Assembly (NCBI GenBank): GCA_041179705.1
Contig: JBEGSW010000056.1
Coordinates: 1,796 to 65,795, forward strand
Reading direction: 5' to 3'
Length of the DNA stretch: 64,000 nucleotides
Source of the DNA: Bacillota bacterium
GTDB taxonomy: Bacteria > Bacillota > Bacilli > Paenibacillales > JBEGSW01
Both the position numbers and the translations under genes were made by a program. The notes under the pieces are model-generated. The model ran no database searches. It saw only the letters and a list, made by a program, of their open reading frames with translations, and was not told where the DNA came from. Position 1 is the first letter of the stretch. Each line of letters opens with the position of its first letter. Positions 26,691-36,511 of this stretch are shown in pieces.

Positions 26691-27679
26691 AGCGAATCAT
26701 TATACCCCTTTGGATGGTTTGAATGCCAACGCCAAGCGTCTTCAATGATGACACGCAAATTATTACGTGAAGGTTTCCAACCTAATTCATTTCGAGCACG
26801 CTCGGAAGATGCAATTAATATAGCCGGATCTCCAGCACGACGACCTTCCATTTTCACCGGAATCGCATGGCCAGTTACAGCACGAACCTGTTCTATCACT
26901 TCCAACACAGAGAATCCTTCACCATTTCCAAGGTTATAAATATTACTATCTGCTCCCTCTCGGAGCTTGTCTACTGCAAGTACATGAGCATCTGCTAAAT
27001 CACTCACGTGGATATAATCACGTATACAAGTACCATCTGCCGTCGGATAATCATCACCAAACACCGAAATGTGTGCACGTTGATTAAGCGCAACTTGCAA
27101 GATCAATGGGATCAAATGCGACTCCGGACTATGATCTTCACCAATTCGAGCATCAGCTAGCGCACCGGCCGCGTTGAAATATCGCAATGAAATCCATTTT
27201 ATGCCATATGCGTGATCAAACCATTTCATCATTTGCTCCATCGCCAATTTCGTCTGACCATAAGCATTTGTAGGCAATGTACGTGAAGATTCTGTAATCG
27301 GAATTTCTTCAGGCTCCCCATAACAAGCAGCTGTCGAGGAGAACACAATCCGTTTTACATTATATTCTTTCATTTTTTCCAACAAACACAATGTGCCATA
27401 TACGTTATTGTTATAATATTTGCCCGGATCCGTCATGCTTTCACCCACCAACGAGTTAGCTGCGAAATGAATAACAGAGTCAATTTGATGATTTTGGAAG
27501 ACGTCATCCAATACCGCTGAATCACGAATGTCACCAACAATTAATTTACCACCAAGCACCGCTGCTTTGTGACCCTGATAAAGATTGTCTAATACAACGA
27601 CATCCTCACCACGTGCAAGCAACGCTGCAACAGCATGAGAACCAATATAACCTGCCCCACCGATTATCAAAACAGACAT
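26687..27679 (-). CDS. galE: UDP-glucose 4-epimerase
   Basis: IIGGAGYIGSH Rossmann motif, SSTAACYG, YGQTKLAME (YxxxK). Confidence 0.93.
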   Translation of the reverse strand: MSVLIIGGAGYIGSHAVAALLARGEDVVVLDNLYQGHKAAVLGGKLIVGDIRDSAVLDDVFQNHQIDSVIHFAANSLVGESMTDPGKYYNNNVYGTLCLLEKMKEYNVKRIVFSSTAACYGEPEEIPITESSRTLPTNAYGQTKLAMEQMMKWFDHAYGIKWISLRYFNAAGALADARIGEDHSPESHLIPLILQVALNQRAHISVFGDDYPTADGTCIRDYIHVSDLADAHVLAVDKLREGADSNIYNLGNGEGFSVLEVIEQVRAVTGHAIPVKMEGRRAGDPAILIASSERARNELGWKPSRNNLRVIIEDAWRWHSNHPKGYNDSL

Positions 27680-28840
27680 TTACTTAACCTCCTTCACACC
27701 ATCACCAAGTTGAGCTACATAAAAATCAGCAACTAAGCCAGTTGAGGCTGTATATGTTTGCCCTACTTCTTCAATAAATTTAGGAATACTTTCATCTTTA
27801 ATCAATGTCACTGTACATCCTCCGAACCCAGCGCCTGTCATACGGGAGCCAAGTACACCATCTATCTTTAGTGCTGCTTCAACTAAGACATCAAGCTCCT
27901 TGCAAGATACCTCGAATTGATATTGTAAAGAGACATGAGATTGCACCATCAGTTTACCGAACTTGACCAAGTCATTTTTTTTCAATGCTTCTACAGAGGC
28001 GCGCACGCGATCATTTTCCTCAATCACATGACGGGCACGTTTACGCGCGTATACATCATTAATTAATTCAATATTTTGCTCAAGTTGAGCACTGTTTAGT
28101 TCTGCTAACACCTTAAGACCAGGGAATTTCACTTGCAAATCTCTTACCGCTTGTTCACATTGTGCGCGTCGGGCATTATACTCGGAATCAACTAAACCAC
28201 GACGTTTATTGGTATTCGTAATAACAAGCTTCATGCCATCTGATTCAAATGGTACCTGCTCAAATTCCAACGTGTCACATTTTAACAGTAACGCGCGATT
28301 TTTTTGACCCATCGCAATCGAAAATTGATCCATGATGCCACAATTAACGCCCATAAATTGATTTTCTGCTTCTTGTGCGATCAAAGCAATTTGAATGCGA
28401 TCCCAAGGTTCTCCTTCCATCGCTGTAAATGCAAACCCCGTTGCAACAAGAATCGAAGCTGAAGAAGACAATCCCGATCCAGGAATATTCCCTGCGTATA
28501 ACACATCATAACCACCCAGAGTTAGTCCGTGCTTCTTCAAGTGGTAAAGCATCCCTTTCGGGTAATTCATCCAATCATCCTGCTCCTTAAATCCCAAGTC
28601 ATCGGAATAAAATGGAGTGACAACTCCATCATAATTCGTCGAAGCCAGATTAATTTGATTATCCTCACGTCTGCGTATACAGATTGTTGTCCCAAATGTC
28701 AACGCTGCTGGAAATACATAGCCGCCATTATAATCTGTGTGTTCGCCAATCAAGTTAACACGACCTGGCGCAAAGAACGTTCGGGCTGAGTCGATCATAC
28801 CCCCATAAAGTGCAACAAATTGTTCCTGTATTGAATTCAT
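27680..28840 (-). CDS. galK: Galactokinase
   Basis: APGRVNLIGEHTDYNGG galactokinase signature, GSGLSSSAS (GHMP motif), MTGAGFGGC. Confidence 0.93.
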   Translation of the reverse strand: MNSIQEQFVALYGGMIDSARTFFAPGRVNLIGEHTDYNGGYVFPAALTFGTTICIRRREDNQINLASTNYDGVVTPFYSDDLGFKEQDDWMNYPKGMLYHLKKHGLTLGGYDVLYAGNIPGSGLSSSASILVATGFAFTAMEGEPWDRIQIALIAQEAENQFMGVNCGIMDQFSIAMGQKNRALLLKCDTLEFEQVPFESDGMKLVITNTNKRRGLVDSEYNARRAQCEQAVRDLQVKFPGLKVLAELNSAQLEQNIELINDVYARKRARHVIEENDRVRASVEALKKNDLVKFGKLMVQSHVSLQYQFEVSCKELDVLVEAALKIDGVLGSRMTGAGFGGCTVTLIKDESIPKFIEEVGQTYTASTGLVADFYVAQLGDGVKEVK

Positions 28841-28841
28841 C

Positions 28842-30056
28842 TTAGACCTCCGTATTTAAATGTGAATTGAAATAGTGAATTGGATTTTCGAATAGCTGCT
28901 CAAGAACCATTGCCCCTGCACCGACCACCCCGGAATTTACACCAAAAGTAGCAGGTCCCCACTTAATTTTTGAAAATAGATGTGCCATTGCTTTATTTTC
29001 TAGTTCTAATTTAAGCCCTTGATTAAACCATGGTTGCGCTTGAGCAACACCACCGCTAATAAATATCGTGGATGGATCGACTAAATTAACAGCCATCGCT
29101 AGTGCATTTCCAATATGTTTGCCGACTTCGGTGAACAGTTCAATCGCAAACGTATTCCCAGCCTTAGCCAACTCATAAAGTTGGTCACCGGTTCGTGGTG
29201 ATTGAAAATGCGCATGCGCGACTTGCTCAATGGCTAAACCTGAGGCATACGTAGATAAACAGCCTGATTTCCCGCAGAAACATTTACGATTGTTTTCACC
29301 AACCCAGACATGACCAATTTCACCAGATCCATAATGTTCACCACGTAATAATTGCCCATTTACAACAATTGCTGAACCTATTCCTCGTCCAACGTTTAAG
29401 AAAATGAAATGATTCATACCAATTGCTTGTCCAAAGAACTTTTCTCCGACCGCCATTGCGCGAACATCATTATCAACCCAGACAGGTTTCGAATATCGCC
29501 TTGCGAGCTTTTCTTTCCATGGGAAATCCTGCCAATTAAAAGCTGGTGCGAAGATCGAGATTCCATTCTTAGAATCTACCAAACCATGCATACCTAGCCC
29601 TAATCCTAAAATATGCAATTGCTCATCTTGGACAAAACGGTCAATCAGTTTAAATATGAGATTTTCTAATTCTTGATGCGACTCACCACCGTCAAATAAA
29701 TGACGATCTGAACGTTTAATTTCTCCATTTAATCCAATGCTAGCGACAGCTACACCTGATGGGGAAATTTCAATTCCTAGCGCAACATAGCAATCAGAAG
29801 TTAATTCGTACATCGTTGGTTTACGTCCACCACTAGATGCACCGCTTCCAGATTCACGAATCACAGCTAAGTTTATTAATTCAGAAGTTATGGTCGAGAC
29901 AGTTGCTGCAGTTAATCCACTGTGTTTCGTAAGTTCAGCTCTACTAATCGAACCATGTTGCCTCATTAATCTGAAAACGTTCGCACAATTTATTTCCTTC
30001 ATCAAAGATTTATTCGCCGGTTGGATTCGCATCAACACCCTACTTTCTTTAATCAT
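28842..30056 (-). CDS. ROK-family transcriptional regulator
   Basis: N-terminal wHTH (ISRAELTKHSGLTAATVSTIT) plus a ROK sugar-kinase-like domain with the CFCGKSGC zinc motif. The true start may be the ATG at 30032. Confidence 0.85.
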   Translation of the reverse strand: MIKESRVLMRIQPANKSLMKEINCANVFRLMRQHGSISRAELTKHSGLTAATVSTITSELINLAVIRESGSGASSGGRKPTMYELTSDCYVALGIEISPSGVAVASIGLNGEIKRSDRHLFDGGESHQELENLIFKLIDRFVQDEQLHILGLGLGMHGLVDSKNGISIFAPAFNWQDFPWKEKLARRYSKPVWVDNDVRAMAVGEKFFGQAIGMNHFIFLNVGRGIGSAIVVNGQLLRGEHYGSGEIGHVWVGENNRKCFCGKSGCLSTYASGLAIEQVAHAHFQSPRTGDQLYELAKAGNTFAIELFTEVGKHIGNALAMAVNLVDPSTIFISGGVAQAQPWFNQGLKLELENKAMAHLFSKIKWGPATFGVNSGVVGAGAMVLEQLFENPIHYFNSHLNTEV

Positions 30057-30077
30057 TAAAAAAAGTCTATAGATAAA

Positions 30078-30086
30078 ATTCTACCA
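30078..30086 (-). promoter_or_regulatory. Candidate extended -10 element for the ROK-gal operon
   Basis: Minus strand TGGTAGAAT, immediately after the U-tract of the 6S terminator. The -35 is weak (TTCAAG within the terminator stem). Confidence 0.35.
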
Positions 30087-30088
30087 TA

Positions 30089-30134
30089 TAAAAAAAAGCT
30101 TGAACAGTCATAATAATATGTCTGTTCAAGCTTT
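30089..30134 (-). terminator. Rho-independent terminator downstream of the 6S RNA
   Basis: Minus strand: AAAGCTTGAACAG, 14-nt loop, CTGTTCAAGCTTT, then TTTTTTTT. Perfect 13-bp stem. Confidence 0.85.
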
Positions 30135-30149
30135 CATATGATTGGCGTT

Positions 30150-30333
30150 AAAAACCCGCAATTGCCGTTCGATTCAGGCTGTTTCATGAACCCGCTCAAG
30201 CAGGTGGGTTATCTCAGAATTGCATTTGAAGTCCCTTCAGGAGGGCTGGTCAGCAGCATATTCATCTTGAAATCCCGTGAAACAAACATTGGTTCAAAAC
30301 AAAAGGAATCTTTACGAACACTGCAGGATTTAT
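30150..30333 (-). ncRNA. ssrS: 6S RNA (SsrS; Bacillus 6S-1/bsrA-like)
   Basis: About 184 nt between a strong promoter and a terminator. The 5' end AAATCC...GTTCG pairs with the 3' end CGAAC...GGGTTT. Further closing-helix pairs are GATTC/GAATC and GTTTTGAACC/GGTTCAtgAAAC, with an asymmetric interior. GTTTTGAACCAATG and ACCCACCTGC...GGGTTCATG match my memory of B. subtilis 6S-1. The ends are approximate. Confidence 0.7.
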
Positions 30334-30339
30334 ATCCTT

Positions 30340-30368
30340 ATTATATGCAGGCATTCGTTAAATGTAAA
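30340..30368 (-). promoter_or_regulatory. Sigma-A promoter of the 6S RNA
   Basis: Minus strand TTTACA (30368-30363), 17-nt spacer, TATAAT (30345-30340), with TG two nt upstream of the -10 hexamer (TGCATATAAT). Predicted TSS is near 30333. Confidence 0.65.
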
Positions 30369-30395
30369 TGCGATTTACTTAGTAATTCCTGGCAT

Positions 30396-31124
30396 TTAGC
30401 GCAGTTCTTCCATTTCATCAACAACAGGTTCTTCACCAAAGAGCGCAATGTAATTACGTCTAAAAAATATAAAACTTATAAAGGCAATCACACTTCCAGA
30501 GAAGAAAAACAGAATGCCAGGGAACTGATATGTAGCAAACCCAACTGCAAAAGAAGATAAGATCATCAATAGTGTGGTGCCCGGTTTACCTAAAGTAATT
30601 AGGACAGCATTTCTGAAAAGTTTACGTGTTTCTAATCGAACATGAACTAGAAATGAGAAGAAATTAAACATTGTGATTAAGACCAAAACAAAAATAATAA
30701 TAAACACAATCATTAAAATCCCTGAAACCTGCAAGTCAGTCTCCGAATAAAATCGAATATTGAACACAACAATACCAAGTATTAATGAATAAAGAAGACC
30801 ACCAATAATACTTTGCTTATAATTTTCTTTATAACCCCTTACAAAACCTTTAAATAACGGCGCATCCTCATCGCCCTTTGCCCATTTACGTGCCATGCTA
30901 AACATCGCAGTAGTTGCTGGGAAAAAGGTTACTGGCGCAATAAGTAATGCAAGTAACAATACAAAAAGCGCCATACTCGCCTCTGTTGCGATCAATGATA
31001 AAGCAATCAATACGATAAAAGGAGAAGAACTGAGAAACCACAATAGATTAGTTACGGCAAGACGTGTAATCCACTCCGTTATCCGGTATAAGCCGCCAAA
31101 CAAACCACCCATTTGCATGTTCAT
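30396..31124 (-). CDS. DUF624 (YesL-family) membrane protein
   Basis: ITEWITRLAVTNLLWFLSSSPF N-terminal signature and about 6 TM segments. Confidence 0.7.
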   Translation of the reverse strand: MNMQMGGLFGGLYRITEWITRLAVTNLLWFLSSSPFIVLIALSLIATEASMALFVLLLALLIAPVTFFPATTAMFSMARKWAKGDEDAPLFKGFVRGYKENYKQSIIGGLLYSLILGIVVFNIRFYSETDLQVSGILMIVFIIIFVLVLITMFNFFSFLVHVRLETRKLFRNAVLITLGKPGTTLLMILSSFAVGFATYQFPGILFFFSGSVIAFISFIFFRRNYIALFGEEPVVDEMEELR

Positions 31125-31141
31125 TTCACCTTTTCTAGGAA

Positions 31142-32698
31142 TTAATTTTTACGTTCGGAATCGCCACGATATTCTCTCTTCGGACGACTTGCACCGGAAT
31201 CTTTGTAACGAGAAGAGCCTTCTCCATCACGGTAGCGTCCACCGCCACCATTTCGGGATGCACCACTTCCACTTTTGCCATGGTGACCATGATGATTTTT
31301 AGAACCAGAACCGCCACCCGGGCGTCTGTTATCACGAGATCCACCACCAGAACGGAAATCACGGCGTTGTTTCACACGAACTGGACTTTCAGGAGTCAAT
31401 TCAATTGGTACTTCATTCTTGTCGCCACCAGCAATGACACGCAATGCTGCTGCAACCAAATCAACGGAATCAAACTGCTCAAGCATTTGAATCGCCGTTG
31501 CCTTGAAAGGCTTGAAGTCCTCATCTTGAATAACTTCAATGATACGATCAGCCATTAACTTTTGTTTGCCTTCAATTGCTTCAGCCAAACTTGGAAGTGG
31601 ACGCTTCACAATGCGGTGCTTCGTAATACGTTCGATCAAGTGTAAATGATCCAGCTCACGAGGCGTTACAAATGTCCAAGCTTTACCCTCTTTACCTGCG
31701 CGACCAGTACGACCAATACGGTGAACATAGCTTTCAGGATCTTGAGGCAAGTCAAAGTTTACAACGTGTGTTACACCGCTTACATCTAAACCACGTGCTG
31801 CAACGTCAGTTGCAACGAGAACATCGATGCTTCCGTCACGGAATTTACGCATAACAGCATCGCGTTGGTTCTGAGAAAGATCACCATGCAAACCTTCAGC
31901 TGGATAGCCGCGACGTTGCAAGGCTTCAGCTAATTCATCTACACGACGCTTTGTACGTCCGAAGATGATTGCTAAATCAGGATTTTCCATATCAATCAAG
32001 CGGCTCAAAGCATCAAACTTTTGACGCTCATGCAATTCGATATACGCTTGCTCAATGTTCGGAGAAGTAACTTCTTTAGAAGCTACTGCTACGTGTTCTG
32101 GATTGCGTAAGAACTGTTGCGCTAATTTTTGAATATTAGGAGGCATTGTAGCCGAGAAAAGCATCGTCTGGCGCTCTTCTGGAACAAGACTCAAGATCGA
32201 TTGGATGTCTTCCATGAAGCCCATATCTAACATTTCATCTGCTTCATCCAAAATAACTGTCTGAACATCGTCTAAACGGATAGTCTTACGCTTAATATGG
32301 TCAAGTAAACGACCAGGTGTACCAATGATGATTTGTGGACGGTTCTTCAAACCACGAATCTGCTTGGAAATTTCTTGTCCGCCGTAAATTGCAAGGGAAC
32401 GTAAACCTTTGTATTTCACAAGCTTGCTGATTTCTTCAGCTACTTGAATCGCAAGTTCACGTGTAGGCGCCATGATTAACGCAGAAATTTTATCAGTCTC
32501 TGTGCTAATTTTTTGAATTAATGGAATGCTAAAAGCAGCGGTCTTACCAGTACCCGTCTGGGCTTGTCCAATTAAGTCACGACCAGTCATCGCAACTGGG
32601 ATTGTTTGTAATTGAATCGGTGTTGGTTCTTCAAAACCAAGCTCCGTAATCGCTCGTAACACTTTCGGTTCGAGGTTTAAATCTGAAAAAGTCGTCAA
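31142..32698 (-). CDS. cshA: DEAD-box ATP-dependent RNA helicase CshA
   Basis: Q-motif GFEEPTPIQ, AQTGTGKT, DEAD (ILDEADEM), SAT, HRIGRTGRAG, and a Gly/Arg/Ser-rich C-terminal tail. Confidence 0.92.
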   Translation of the reverse strand: MTTFSDLNLEPKVLRAITELGFEEPTPIQLQTIPVAMTGRDLIGQAQTGTGKTAAFSIPLIQKISTETDKISALIMAPTRELAIQVAEEISKLVKYKGLRSLAIYGGQEISKQIRGLKNRPQIIIGTPGRLLDHIKRKTIRLDDVQTVILDEADEMLDMGFMEDIQSILSLVPEERQTMLFSATMPPNIQKLAQQFLRNPEHVAVASKEVTSPNIEQAYIELHERQKFDALSRLIDMENPDLAIIFGRTKRRVDELAEALQRRGYPAEGLHGDLSQNQRDAVMRKFRDGSIDVLVATDVAARGLDVSGVTHVVNFDLPQDPESYVHRIGRTGRAGKEGKAWTFVTPRELDHLHLIERITKHRIVKRPLPSLAEAIEGKQKLMADRIIEVIQDEDFKPFKATAIQMLEQFDSVDLVAAALRVIAGGDKNEVPIELTPESPVRVKQRRDFRSGGGSRDNRRPGGGSGSKNHHGHHGKSGSGASRNGGGGRYRDGEGSSRYKDSGASRPKREYRGDSERKN

Positions 32699-32814
32699 AA
32701 TATTTTAAGCTCCTTTGTAAATCTCTATTTATTTTATTTTTGTACATCTTTAGAACTATATCACATTTGACCGCTAAATACCATCAAAGATTTTACAAGG
32801 AAAGTGGGGTACAG

Positions 32815-33654
32815 ATGAAACAGTCGATTCGCTCTTACTTAATTGTTCTATTTGGTTCACTTTCCATCGCCATAAGTACAAACTGGTTTTTAATTCCAAG
32901 TCATTTGATCGGTGGTGGTGTTTCCGGTTTAGCGATGGTCATTGGATTTAATTTCAACTGGAATATCAGTTTCCTGTTTTTCTTGTTTAACATCCCGCTC
33001 ATGCTATGGGGCTGGAAAGTAATGGGTCTCATGTTCATGAACTTGTCGATTATTTCGATTGTATCAACTAGCTTATTCATGTTCTTGATCCCGATTCACT
33101 TGTCACCCCTCAAAGAAAATATCGACCTGTCTATTGCAGCCATTTTTGGTGGCGTATTTGCTGGAATCGGCGTTGGGCTTTCACTACGGGTTGGTGGTTC
33201 GTCCGGTGGCTTTGATATTCTTGGTGCAATTTTAACCCATAAATACGATATCCCAATTGGACAATTATTATTAGCCCTAAACGGCGTTGTATTGTTATTT
33301 TATGGGCTGTCAACTGACTGGACCATGGTCATGTGGTCGATTGTTTCAGAGTATGTAGCTGTAAAAGTAATTGAATACATTCATATCCGTTATATGAAAG
33401 TAACAGCATTAATTGTGAGCCAAAACGCGGAACAACTCCTCACCCCCCTCCTCACACTCCATCGTGGTATTACGATTCTAGAATCTAAAGGCGCATATAC
33501 AGATTCCGAACAAAAACTGCTCATGACGGTAACCACAAGATATGAATTACCTTTCCTAAAAAGAATGATTCAATCTACAGATCCTACGGCATTTGTGAAT
33601 ATCGTTGAGACTACTGAAGTGATCGGTTCATTTCGGAAAGGGGTTGCTAGGTAA
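32815..33654 (+). CDS. YitT-family membrane protein (with DUF2179 C-terminal domain)
   Basis: MKQSIRSYLIVLFGSLSIAISTNWFLIPSHLIGGGVSGLA plus a soluble C-terminal domain. Start trimmed from the ORF-track 32740 to the ATG at 32815. Confidence 0.8.
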   Translation: MKQSIRSYLIVLFGSLSIAISTNWFLIPSHLIGGGVSGLAMVIGFNFNWNISFLFFLFNIPLMLWGWKVMGLMFMNLSIISIVSTSLFMFLIPIHLSPLKENIDLSIAAIFGGVFAGIGVGLSLRVGGSSGGFDILGAILTHKYDIPIGQLLLALNGVVLLFYGLSTDWTMVMWSIVSEYVAVKVIEYIHIRYMKVTALIVSQNAEQLLTPLLTLHRGITILESKGAYTDSEQKLLMTVTTRYELPFLKRMIQSTDPTAFVNIVETTEVIGSFRKGVAR

Positions 33655-33742
33655 ATATTGCTAGTCCTCCAAAAACACGAATCGTGTGATATAATATATT
33701 TGTGCAATTGCTTCACATTTCCAACTGGGAGGGTGAGCTTCG

Positions 33743-33937
33743 ATGTTAATGGAAACCGTTTCATTATCTACGATTGTACTTAGCTTTATACCAGAATGGC
33801 GGCCCTTCTTCAGAGAGAGCGATTTAAACCAAATGGTTGTCCTACGTGATGGTTTAGACAAGCTCGAACCGGATGGTGCCAAGGAAATTATTGAACAATA
33901 CATTTATCAGCAACAGAAAGATGCCGCGCTTCATTAA
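33743..33937 (+). CDS. Hypothetical small protein (64 aa)
   Basis: GGGAGGG RBS, upstream extended -10 TGATATAAT (about 33688-33696), and a terminator overlapping its stop. No family recognised. Confidence 0.45.
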   Translation: MLMETVSLSTIVLSFIPEWRPFFRESDLNQMVVLRDGLDKLEPDGAKEIIEQYIYQQQKDAALH

Positions 33938-33953
33938 GCCGGCATCTTTTTTT
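33919..33953 (+). terminator. Rho-independent terminator
   Basis: AGATGCCG pairs with CGGCATCT, followed by TTTTTTT. Confidence 0.7.
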
Positions 33954-34054
33954 GTATTTTGACAAAAAAACAAAATTTACTACAAGGAATTACATTTTTA
34001 AAATCGAATATTCAACAAGCATCAATATCTGTATAGCACCCAGGGGGAAACATA

Positions 34055-35254
34055 ATGAAGATAGCAGCTTCGGTACTTACATTACTATTTTTAAGCGGCA
34101 CGCTATTATCGGGCTGTAGTGAAAATCAAACTTCAAAAGCGAGCTCGGATTCAGCTAAACCAGCTAAACCGACAATGAATCAAACAAGCATGAAAGTAAC
34201 ACCTTCACCTCGTCCAACAGTAACACCAACACCAACACCGAAACCGACGCCACCTAAAGTACTCAAACCTGTAGTCAGAGGAATCTATGCAACAGGAAAC
34301 TCAATTGGTGGTTCTAGATTTCAAAGACTAATCCAGTTGATTAATCAAACCGAATTGAATGCAATTGTCGTAGATGTGAAAGAAGACAATGGTTTTATGA
34401 CATATAAATCAACTGCACCTAAATTACAATCAATGGCAACAATGATGAACTACATTAGAGACCCTCAAGTAGCTATAAATACATTGCGGTCGAATCGGAT
34501 ATATCCCATTGCTCGTATCGTCGTGTTCAAAGATACTTCTTTATCTCGCAAACATCCGGAATGGTCTTTTCGAAATCCAGATGGTTCCATCTGGCGTAAT
34601 GGGCGTGGAGAAAGTTTCGTTAATCCTTATGTGAAAGAAGTCTGGGATTACAACATCGAGGTCGCTAAAGAAGCGGCCAAACTAGGTTTCCAAGAAATCC
34701 AATTTGACTATGTCCGTTTCCCAGAGGGGTTTGAGAAACGTGCCGATTCACTTAAATATGTGTCCGATAACCGAACACGGACACAAGCCGTGACTGAATT
34801 TGTAAAGTATGCGAAAGAGCAACTCTCCCCACTTGGCGTTGAAGTGTCCGTTGATATTTTTGGTTACGCGGCAGCTGTTCCCGCTGCGGAAGGCATCGGA
34901 CAAGATTTCAATTTAATTTCATCTCATGTCGATGTGATTTGCCCAATGGTATATCCGAGTCACTACAGCACGGGATGGTATGGATCCAAAGTGCCTGATG
35001 CTGCCCCTTATGTGACAATTGACGGCGCAATGAAAGACACCATCGAAAAGTTAGCAACACTTGGAGAGGCGAAACCAACCATTCGCCCATGGATCCAAGA
35101 CTTTACTGCATCCTGGATTCCTGGTCACATACAATACGGCAAACGCGAAGTGGAAGCACAAATCAAAGCAATGTATGACAATGGCATCGAAGAATTTTTA
35201 TTATGGAATGCAGGAAACACCTACACACAACAAGTCAATTATGATTTGAAATAA
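34055..35254 (+). CDS. Lipoprotein with a putative glycoside-hydrolase-like TIM-barrel domain (DUF4015-like)
   Basis: Lipobox LLSGC at the end of the signal peptide, a Pro/Thr-rich linker (PRPTVTPTPTPKPTPP), then RGIYATG...NAIVVDVKEDNG, which I recall from DUF4015-type putative glycosidases. Confidence 0.55.
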   Translation: MKIAASVLTLLFLSGTLLSGCSENQTSKASSDSAKPAKPTMNQTSMKVTPSPRPTVTPTPTPKPTPPKVLKPVVRGIYATGNSIGGSRFQRLIQLINQTELNAIVVDVKEDNGFMTYKSTAPKLQSMATMMNYIRDPQVAINTLRSNRIYPIARIVVFKDTSLSRKHPEWSFRNPDGSIWRNGRGESFVNPYVKEVWDYNIEVAKEAAKLGFQEIQFDYVRFPEGFEKRADSLKYVSDNRTRTQAVTEFVKYAKEQLSPLGVEVSVDIFGYAAAVPAAEGIGQDFNLISSHVDVICPMVYPSHYSTGWYGSKVPDAAPYVTIDGAMKDTIEKLATLGEAKPTIRPWIQDFTASWIPGHIQYGKREVEAQIKAMYDNGIEEFLLWNAGNTYTQQVNYDLK

Positions 35255-35256
35255 AT

Positions 35257-35299
35257 AAAACCCCGAGTGCATGGCTGTTAGCCAGCAATCGGGGTTTTT
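35257..35299. terminator. Bidirectional terminator
   Basis: AAAACCCCGA pairs with TCGGGGTTTT, with an inner TGGCT/AGCCA pairing. Confidence 0.75.
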
Positions 35300-35301
35300 A
35301 A

Positions 35302-35511
35302 TTAATCCACTTTCGTCTCAAGCACGTAACCTGTGCCATTCACGACTCGTTTCTTCTCAATCAAAGCGATTTCCTTCATAACTTGTGGTTTAATAAAGTG
35401 CTTCTCCACATGTGCATCGACCGCTTGTAAAGCTTTTTCATCAGATTCTGCAAGTGAAACCAAATAAATCAGTTGATCTTCCAATTGAATTTCAATCTTA
35501 TATAAGAACAT
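35302..35511 (-). CDS. Hypothetical small protein (69 aa)
   Basis: ORF 11 nt downstream of pfkA on the same strand, followed by a terminator. No family recognised. Confidence 0.45.
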   Translation of the reverse strand: MFLYKIEIQLEDQLIYLVSLAESDEKALQAVDAHVEKHFIKPQVMKEIALIEKKRVVNGTGYVLETKVD

Positions 35512-35522
35512 ATTTCGTCTCC

Positions 35523-36491
35523 TTATTGCGAAAGACGAATCATCGTCTCATACATACTATAGTTGAATTCTTTCTTGGAATTTACTACGACATCAATATC
35601 CGTCGCAACCAATTCACCTTTAATAATTCCACACGCTTTACCAGAATCCCCTTTGATTAAACGACGAACAGCAAAATCGCCCAATCGGCTAGCAAGGATA
35701 CGATCGTTATGAGTAGGTGTTCCACCACGTTGAATATGACCAAGTACAGTCACACGCGTATCAATGCCATTGATTGCAGTAATCTGGTCAGCGATATCTT
35801 GACCACTACCTACACCCTCTGCTACGACAATAATACTATGTCGCTTACCGTGGTCAAAGTTTTCTTTCATTCGTTCCGCAATCGAAGTAATGTCAAAAGG
35901 TACTTCCGGCACCAAGATGGACTCAGCTCCACTCGCTAACCCAGCGTATAATGCAATATCACCGCAGTGTCTACCCATTACTTCTACGATAGAAGCACGT
36001 TCATGGGAAGACATCGTATCACGCAATTTATTAATCGCATCAACAACAATGGTTACCGCCGTATCGAAACCAATAGTGTAATCGGTATATGAAATATCAT
36101 TATCGATTGTCCCTGGTAATCCCATTGTCTTGATGCCAAGTTTACTTAATTTATTTGCACCTTGATAAGATCCATCGCCACCAATAACAACTAGACCATC
36201 AATGCCAAGGTCTCGTAAATTTTGAGCAGCTTTTTGTTGTACTTCTAGTTGATGAAACTCTTTGCAACGAGCTGATTGCAATATCGTTCCACCACGTTGA
36301 ATGATATCCCCAACACTACGAAGATCCATCTTTTTAATATCACCATTAATTAGCCCTAAATAACCGCGTTGAATCGCATATACGTCTAATCCATGATATA
36401 GACCGCTGCGTACAACTGCACGAACTGCGGCGTTCATCCCTTGAGAATCCCCACCACTCGTCAAAACTGCAATTGATTTTACTGCTGACAT
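35523..36491 (-). CDS. pfkA: ATP-dependent 6-phosphofructokinase
   Basis: IAVLTSGGDSQGMNAA, IGGDGSYQGA, PGTIDND, MGRHCGDIAL. Confidence 0.93.
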   Translation of the reverse strand: MSAVKSIAVLTSGGDSQGMNAAVRAVVRSGLYHGLDVYAIQRGYLGLINGDIKKMDLRSVGDIIQRGGTILQSARCKEFHQLEVQQKAAQNLRDLGIDGLVVIGGDGSYQGANKLSKLGIKTMGLPGTIDNDISYTDYTIGFDTAVTIVVDAINKLRDTMSSHERASIVEVMGRHCGDIALYAGLASGAESILVPEVPFDITSIAERMKENFDHGKRHSIIVVAEGVGSGQDIADQITAINGIDTRVTVLGHIQRGGTPTHNDRILASRLGDFAVRRLIKGDSGKACGIIKGELVATDIDVVVNSKKEFNYSMYETMIRLSQ

Positions 36492-36511
36492 ACTCTCTCC
36501 TACCTTCCACT

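Noticed and set aside
30180-30240. CTGAGA...ACCC...CCTGA on the minus strand looked briefly like a TPP riboswitch (THI-box) core
   Set aside because: The rest of the TPP consensus is absent: there are no paired GGGG/CCC helices in the right places and no AATGCC/AGGGA segment. The element has its own promoter and terminator. The flanking motifs fit 6S RNA much better.
30138-30560. 140-aa plus-strand ORF in the track
   Set aside because: Its 5' half is antisense to a promoter/terminator-bounded structured RNA (6S RNA). Its 3' half is antisense to the DUF624 membrane-protein gene. It has no RBS and a poor composition.
31135-31362. ORFs overlapping the 3' end of cshA (31135-31362 minus, 30895-31302 and 31280-31558 plus)
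   Set aside because: They are artefacts of the repetitive Gly/Arg/Ser/His-coding tail of CshA and its complement.
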